Below are positions 58,852-64,000 of a stretch of DNA of 64,000 nt, in pieces. Source of the stretch: a virus. The first letter of the stretch is position 1, and each line of letters opens with the position of its first letter. The stretch lies in the IMG/VR virus record IMGVR_UViG_3300022752_000030, positions 47,238 to 111,237 of that record; one strand, given 5' to 3'. A model generated the notes under the pieces. The model had not been told where the DNA came from and ran no database searches. It saw nothing but the letters and a program-made list of their open reading frames with translations. A program made the translations under genes and the position numbers.

Positions 58852-59244
58852 TTATCTATTTCTCTCTAAAAGGAGTGTTACGGTTGTCGGCAATGTTGCA
58901 TTTTCTATATAAAAAGTAATAGTTACATTATAAGCATTTTGATCTGTATTAGGAGAAACAGTAATATTGTCAATCAAAGCCCTAGGTTCGTAATTTTCAA
59001 TTGTTGTTCTAATTTCATTTTCTAATGAAGAAGATGTAATACCTGAAATGTTCTCAAATAACAACGCATCTAGGTTTGAACCAATGTCCGGATCAAAAGG
59101 TCTTTCGTAATGTTTTGTCGATAATAAATTGCGAATTGAACGAATGACCGCTTGATTATCAAAACTGAGAGCAACATCACCCACCACCGGTTTTTTGGTG
59201 AACGTGAAGTCCAAATCTGAATATATTTTAGTTAAAGTTGCCAT
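58852..59244 (-). CDS. gp25: Baseplate wedge subunit
   Basis: YSDLD, SIRNLL, ERPFDPDIGS, IENYEPR. Confidence 0.95.
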   Translation of the reverse strand: MATLTKIYSDLDFTFTKKPVVGDVALSFDNQAVIRSIRNLLSTKHYERPFDPDIGSNLDALLFENISGITSSSLENEIRTTIENYEPRALIDNITVSPNTDQNAYNVTITFYIENATLPTTVTLLLERNR

Positions 59245-59275
59245 GTTTTATTTATCACTAAATCCGAAAACGCTT

Positions 59276-60166
59276 TTAACTTGGTGGTCCAGTTTTTCCG
59301 CCCTGTGGATCAGAATGTGTGTGATTATCTAAACTAATTCCTGCACCTATCACATCACCACTTGCAACAACTTGACCTGTAACGTTTACATCACCAATAA
59401 AGTTAAATGATGAAGCTTTTCCTGTAAATGAACCATTTGTTAAAAGAGTTACATTACCATCTACAGTTATATTACATGCACCTTTGATGTGAACATTATT
59501 GTCCGATAAGTAAATTTCGTAATTTTTTCCTGCAACTTTAGTGACTTTTGATCCGTCCGGTGCAATTTCAAAGAAAGTGTTTGCTCTATGTGCAAGTTGT
59601 ATTCTTTCTGCACCTGGAGTATCATCCATTTCAAATACATGACCAGATTCTGTCTCAACTACTCTGTTATATGGATTTTTCGCATTGTACTTGGATGCAG
59701 GTTCACTCCAATAACCTCCTGTTGCTGTTGGAACATTAGTGTCTAAATTACTGTTGTGATAACCAATAGGAGATTCATTGATTTTCTCATTACGAAATAA
59801 TCTACTTGTTGTAGGTTCTCCGACTGGATAGAATGTGCCCTCTGAAAATCCTTTTGACTCGCTTGGTCCATTTTTTGGTATACCAGGAAATACACCGATG
59901 ATAACAGGCGATTGAGAAGAAGAACCGTCAGTAAAAAAACCAAACGCATAATCACCGATAACTGGTGTTCCATCTGTCATTGATCCGTTTGGTGGCAAAC
60001 AAGGTAGAGCCCAAGATAATCCTTCTGTTGGTAATTCTTCTTTATTGTCGGTATGATGACCAAACATTCTCACACGAACACGACCTAGACCCAAAGGATC
60101 ATCACGATCTTCGACAACGCCTAACCACCAAAAGAAACCATCTTTTCCGATAAAATTATTCATCAT
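59276..60166 (-). CDS. gp5: Baseplate central spike, lysozyme-less, with HxH apex
   Basis: WWLGVVEDRDDP..LGRVRVR OB fold, YPYN-like...ESGHVFEMDDTPGAERI, terminal SLDNHTH. Confidence 0.9.
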   Translation of the reverse strand: MMNNFIGKDGFFWWLGVVEDRDDPLGLGRVRVRMFGHHTDNKEELPTEGLSWALPCLPPNGSMTDGTPVIGDYAFGFFTDGSSSQSPVIIGVFPGIPKNGPSESKGFSEGTFYPVGEPTTSRLFRNEKINESPIGYHNSNLDTNVPTATGGYWSEPASKYNAKNPYNRVVETESGHVFEMDDTPGAERIQLAHRANTFFEIAPDGSKVTKVAGKNYEIYLSDNNVHIKGACNITVDGNVTLLTNGSFTGKASSFNFIGDVNVTGQVVASGDVIGAGISLDNHTHSDPQGGKTGPPS

Positions 60167-61542
60167 GCGGTGACAGCTCCTTTAATATTAGGATCACCAT
60201 TATTAATCTGATCAAATTCTGTAGGTGAACTGTCTTTTGCTATTTCCATTACGGTTTGATAGACACCTCTTGCTTGTATGGTGTGTCTGACTGCTACAAC
60301 AAGATATTTTCCAGACAAGAATTTATCGAGTTCTTTTTTGTTTGTAGAAGGTTTTAGTGTAGGTAAGTTAAATTGTATTGTTCTTCCTGCGGTAATACCA
60401 GGATCACCAGGCACAACAATTTTCATATTTGTAAAATTAGCTAAAGATATTTGTGCAGTTCTAAGTGGAACATAAACTTCTGCAAATATATCTTTTGCAA
60501 TTCCACCTTCTTTCTCTTTGATGTATGGTACTAAACTCTGATTGGAATTTCCCGTCATAACTTTTAGTACACTTTCGGGAGATTCATTTTGAACTTTGCC
60601 TAATCTATTTTGTAACTGCTTGAGTATCGAACTGTTATTTAATTTTTCAGCAACTTTTTCGAAACTCTTTAAATTAAAATCCGTTACATTAAATGATCTT
60701 GTGAGTGGATCAATTGAAACTAAACGATTCGCAAAAATTCCTGACGCAATATCACTAAGCGCATCATAGGCTTTTCCAATTTCATACTGTAAAACATTTA
60801 AAGTTTTATCTTGAAAACTTTGTTCATCATCACTTAGATTTTTAGGTTCATATTTGTAGGTTGCATAAATCTCATCTTTGAACATTGACTGTAAAGACCT
60901 GAAATTGTATCCGTCTTTTGTCTCAAAGAATAACATATCTGCACCAAAATTATATTTTTGTGGTCTTGCATATGTTGATATCCAGCTGATTGCTTCAAAA
61001 GCCTTCATTTTAGGTATCGTAAAATCGTACATACCGGTTGTTGGTTCAATTCTGTTTATTTTATCAGTTTTAACTTTTAATTTTTCTGTTAAAATGTCTT
61101 CAACAATGTCTGAAATTTTTTGACCGATATATGCTTTTGATATCTTTGTTTGTTCGGATAATAAAAGTTCTTCTGAACAGAAATAGAGTGTGAAACCTTC
61201 TGAATTATTATTTCCACTTGGAATTTTATTATCAATTTTATAAACTCTGAACAATTGATCTGTCGAGTTTTTTCCGTTTTTAACTTTACCAAAATTAACT
61301 TCTAGATATTCGTTACCTGTAATTCTTAACAATTCAACAAAACCCTGAGCATCAATCAATGAAATATAACCAGACGAACAAAATGTGTAAATGTCTTCAT
61401 AGTAAGACATATCAACCATGAGTTTTTTCAACTCTATTTTTTTTCCGTTTCCGGTTAAAAGATTGAGTGTCTTTAATGAAAAATCTTGAGGATAATATGC
61501 ACCAGGTGAATCTGTTGGTGCTGGTTGAGACAATGGATTCAT
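60163..61542 (-). CDS. Baseplate hub protein (gp27-like)
   Basis: YYEDI, LFFET..GYNFRS, PGDPGITAG, LSGKYLVVAVRH; between gp53 and gp5. Confidence 0.75.
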   Translation of the reverse strand: MNPLSQPAPTDSPGAYYPQDFSLKTLNLLTGNGKKIELKKLMVDMSYYEDIYTFCSSGYISLIDAQGFVELLRITGNEYLEVNFGKVKNGKNSTDQLFRVYKIDNKIPSGNNNSEGFTLYFCSEELLLSEQTKISKAYIGQKISDIVEDILTEKLKVKTDKINRIEPTTGMYDFTIPKMKAFEAISWISTYARPQKYNFGADMLFFETKDGYNFRSLQSMFKDEIYATYKYEPKNLSDDEQSFQDKTLNVLQYEIGKAYDALSDIASGIFANRLVSIDPLTRSFNVTDFNLKSFEKVAEKLNNSSILKQLQNRLGKVQNESPESVLKVMTGNSNQSLVPYIKEKEGGIAKDIFAEVYVPLRTAQISLANFTNMKIVVPGDPGITAGRTIQFNLPTLKPSTNKKELDKFLSGKYLVVAVRHTIQARGVYQTVMEIAKDSSPTEFDQINNGDPNIKGAVTA

Positions 61543-61544
61543 AA

Positions 61545-62141
61545 TTAAGTCATTAACTTAGTAAATTCTTCTTCTAATTGATTTGCGTAAATGTAGTTTA
61601 CAATTTTGATTTTTCTTTTAGACTCATTTAAAGAAACCTCATAATCATAGACACTCACGGCATTTTTTTGTACGGAAACAGTTACACTTCCTGATGGTAA
61701 ATTGTATGTGTTGGTACTTTCAACAAGTGTGTTATATGTATCCTCATCGATAATTACGGTAGTCGTTGTAGTAGTACGACTCATGTTATCGACTTGAGTG
61801 ATTATTTTTTCATAATGTTGAATAACTGATTTTGGATCAATAGACGGATACTTATCTTGCATGTATCTATTGAAATTATTTGAATCTAATGGCCAATCCC
61901 ATTGTGGATCACTAATTTTATTTGCAAGCAGAATGATCCAATAACGATACATATCATCATAATATTTGTGTGCAACGATTTCAGGTGTATCGCCCTCTTG
62001 TATGTCATACTCATAGTAGACTAAAGGATTTGACAGTATCTTGGGAACAATGCTACATCTTGCCACCAAGTTTGTTAATATCATTGATACCTTATTGGCA
62101 TCAGTTGATATGATCTTAGGTAAAGTGTCAAAATACTGCAT
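61545..62141 (-). CDS. gp53: Baseplate wedge subunit (LysM-like)
   Basis: YFDTLPKI, EGDTPEIVAHKYY, WIILLAN, DWP, LNESKRKIK. Confidence 0.92.
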   Translation of the reverse strand: MQYFDTLPKIISTDANKVSMILTNLVARCSIVPKILSNPLVYYEYDIQEGDTPEIVAHKYYDDMYRYWIILLANKISDPQWDWPLDSNNFNRYMQDKYPSIDPKSVIQHYEKIITQVDNMSRTTTTTTVIIDEDTYNTLVESTNTYNLPSGSVTVSVQKNAVSVYDYEVSLNESKRKIKIVNYIYANQLEEEFTKLMT

Positions 62142-62143
62142 TT

Positions 62144-63115
62144 TTAGAATCCGTCTTTTTCAATTTTAATTCTATCAATAAGTTCAATTTCTTTAAAACC
62201 GATTGTGAGTGTTGTTTGAACTGGTGCACCATCTGTATGTGCTGCCCAACCGTTAGGTGAATAATTCACATCAATACTTTCGATTACACTCTCAGCAACT
62301 TTTGAAATGTTCTGGTTTGGTTTTCCGTTAAATAAGAAATCTAAATTGAAAGTTGAAGGAGGAATAAAAAACATACCCGAACCAACTCCACCAGGAACTA
62401 ATCTTGGTGCTGCATGTGATCTGAAAAGTTGTATAATTTTCTTTACTGTGTCTGCTTCATCTTTAGAATAAGGCGTAAATGTAAATGCCATCTGATATGT
62501 TCTAAAGTCTATTCCATCAAACAATAATTGTTCTTGTGGATTGATAGCTAGACCTTGTGTTGCAAGAAAAAGTTTTGTTGTATCTGCTTGAGCAATTGAA
62601 GTTGCTGCACCGGCTACACCACCAACTACACCACCAACTATTGGAATGCTTTTTGATGCGTTAGCTAATTCCATTGCAACATCTCTCAAACTTAAATTTC
62701 CATAACTTGCGGAATTTGTAAAATTTACCGTATCTGGCATATAAAGAGCAATTGTTGCTTTTACTTTAGATGTCCTTTTTTTTAAACTTAAATTGAAATT
62801 TTGCTGAACAGCATTAAAAGTTCCGTCTAGACTTTTTGTTTGTATCGCAGCGTTTGTTATATTTGATATACTATTTTTTGCACCTTCAAATAATTCGCTA
62901 ATACCATATTTTTTGCCCTCCTCATATCCAATTGGTTTCACTTCATTAATTGAAAATTTAATGTAATGTCCTTTTTGTGTCGAGGTTAAATCTCTTGGGT
63001 ATTGATGAAATTCTGAATCATACTTTGATTTAAAAAGCTTACCCAAGGGACCCTTAAGTGCAGCACCAGGTACGGTCAGTCCACCTACAGATGTTGGAAT
63101 TGAAATGATTGCCAT
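62144..63115 (-). CDS. gp48: Baseplate tail tube cap
   Basis: IALYMP, NPQEQLLFDG, FRTY.MAFTFTP, VNYSPNG, FKEIE. Confidence 0.85.
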   Translation of the reverse strand: MAIISIPTSVGGLTVPGAALKGPLGKLFKSKYDSEFHQYPRDLTSTQKGHYIKFSINEVKPIGYEEGKKYGISELFEGAKNSISNITNAAIQTKSLDGTFNAVQQNFNLSLKKRTSKVKATIALYMPDTVNFTNSASYGNLSLRDVAMELANASKSIPIVGGVVGGVAGAATSIAQADTTKLFLATQGLAINPQEQLLFDGIDFRTYQMAFTFTPYSKDEADTVKKIIQLFRSHAAPRLVPGGVGSGMFFIPPSTFNLDFLFNGKPNQNISKVAESVIESIDVNYSPNGWAAHTDGAPVQTTLTIGFKEIELIDRIKIEKDGF

Positions 63116-63147
63116 ATTACTTTCTAGAGAAGATTATATATATATTT

Positions 63148-63222
63148 ATGGCATATTCTGGAATATTTAGACCAACAAATCCCGAAAGCTTTATTTTTTC
63201 ATTAATTTCAGTTCCTTTATAA
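63148..63222 (+). pseudogene. Orphaned original 5' end of gp4
   Basis: MAYSGIFRPTNPE matches typical T4-like gp4 starts (MAYSGxFxPxNPxKY), then unrelated sequence and stop. Confidence 0.75.
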
Positions 63223-63252
63223 ATAAAAATAAAGGAGTAAAAAATAATGAAA
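63197..63252 (+). promoter_or_regulatory. Late promoter TATAAATA inside an RBS/AUG-sequestering hairpin
   Basis: TTCCTTTAT/ATAAAGGAG and TTTCATTA/TAATGAAA arms; TATAAATA at 63218-63225. Confidence 0.75.
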
Positions 63253-63891
63253 TGTCAAATTTGCAATCACAGTTCTGACAATCTCAGAAAATTGTCAAAG
63301 CACATAAGAGATGCACACAAGATAAAAATAAAAGATTATTACGATAATTATATTAAAAAATGCACAGATGGTTTGTGTGTTATTTGCCGACAAGAAACAA
63401 AATATGTAGGAATCGGTGTGGGATACTCGAAAACTTGTTCCCAATCTTGTAGTGCTAAACTTTTTAGAAAAAATTTAAAAAATGATGAAGAAAGAAATAA
63501 ATTATTTTTGGAAAAAGTAAAAAATAATATGAAAAGAGAATGGGAAAAAAGAGAAGCTAACGGAGAAAAAAAAGAAATTATTAATAAGATGAAAGATACA
63601 AAAAAAGAAACTGTATCAAAAATGTCAATTGAAGAAAGAAAACAAAAATTTGGTTGGATTAATAAATTATCAGACGAAGAAAAAAAAGAAAAAACTAAAG
63701 AACTTGTAAAACCTTTAATTGATTTTTGGGAAAATGCTACGGATGAACAAGTTTCTTCTATTTTCAGAAAAAGAATGAATACTATTATTGAAAAATATGG
63801 ATCACAGTTTCCAAATTATTTAATTGAATATAATGAAAAAATGGATAAACAACTTTGTGAATTATTTGAAATAGACTATGGCAAAACCTGA
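63247..63891 (+). CDS. Zinc-finger, homing-endonuclease-associated DNA-binding protein with no evident nuclease domain
   Basis: CQIC...H....H and CVIC...CSQSC motifs, Lys/Glu-rich helical repeats, TIIEKYG motif. Confidence 0.7.
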   Translation: MKCQICNHSSDNLRKLSKHIRDAHKIKIKDYYDNYIKKCTDGLCVICRQETKYVGIGVGYSKTCSQSCSAKLFRKNLKNDEERNKLFLEKVKNNMKREWEKREANGEKKEIINKMKDTKKETVSKMSIEERKQKFGWINKLSDEEKKEKTKELVKPLIDFWENATDEQVSSIFRKRMNTIIEKYGSQFPNYLIEYNEKMDKQLCELFEIDYGKT

Positions 63892-64000
63892 ACCTTATAA
63901 GTGGAAACCTAAAAATCCACAAAAATATAGAGGAGATCACACAAATATTTGGGTAAGATCATCTTGGGAAACAAGAGTTTGTGTTTGGTTAGATACCTCA
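63879..64000 (+). CDS. gp4: Head completion nuclease (TnsA-like), 5' part, runs off window
   Basis: MAKPEPYKWKPKNPQKYRGDHTNIWVRSSWE matches PxNPxKYxGD...RSSWE. Confidence 0.88.

Noticed and set aside
63148-63900. Group I intron in gp4
   Set aside because: No room for a P/Q/R/S core around the ORF, and the downstream copy repeats the PxNP motif with its own ATG instead of continuing exon 1
1-64000. Stop-codon reassignment
   Set aside because: Core genes are full length in the standard code; the one break (gp47) is a frameshift and the tRNA is an ordinary Ser tRNA

Overview
AT-rich segment of a large T4-like myovirus genome, almost entirely coded on the minus strand; the gene set resembles uncultured aquatic T4-like phages. 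Left to right in window coordinates: (1) tRNA-Ser(GCT) and accessory genes (SprT-like peptidase, SpeD-like decarboxylase, dCMP deaminase, Hsp20). (2) Replication, recombination and transcription block (regA, gp62, gp44, DsbA-like, gp45, gp46, gp47, gp55, uvsW, uvsY) with inserted accessory genes (GIY-YIG-like ORF, DUF5664 nucleotide hydrolase, GT-A fold protein, HTH, DUF4338/DruA-like, cytidylyltransferase). (3) Head/tail/packaging block (gp3, 23, 22, 21, 67-like, 20, 19, 18, 17, 16, 15, 14, 13). (4) Fibre region. (5) Baseplate block (DUF4815 protein, gp8, 7, 6, 25, 5, 27-like, 53, 48) and the start of gp4. The main candidate for an undescribed system is a tightly packed seven-gene cassette at the T4 wac position (29400-37058): three paralogous collagen fibre genes with autocleaving S74 chaperones, two 2OG-Fe(II) hydroxylases, a glycosyltransferase-TPR-hydroxylase fusion and a glycosyltransferase-methyltransferase fusion. 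It looks like a phage-encoded collagen hydroxylation/glycosylation pathway. Other notable items: a zinc-finger element that split gp4 and carries the T4 homing-endonuclease late-promoter/RBS hairpin, a 1-nt frameshift at UUU-CGG in gp47, a structured ROSE-like Hsp20 leader, an antisense sigma70 promoter beside gp55, and heptad-modular fibre genes sharing DNA blocks. All family calls come from motif recognition by eye, not database searches.
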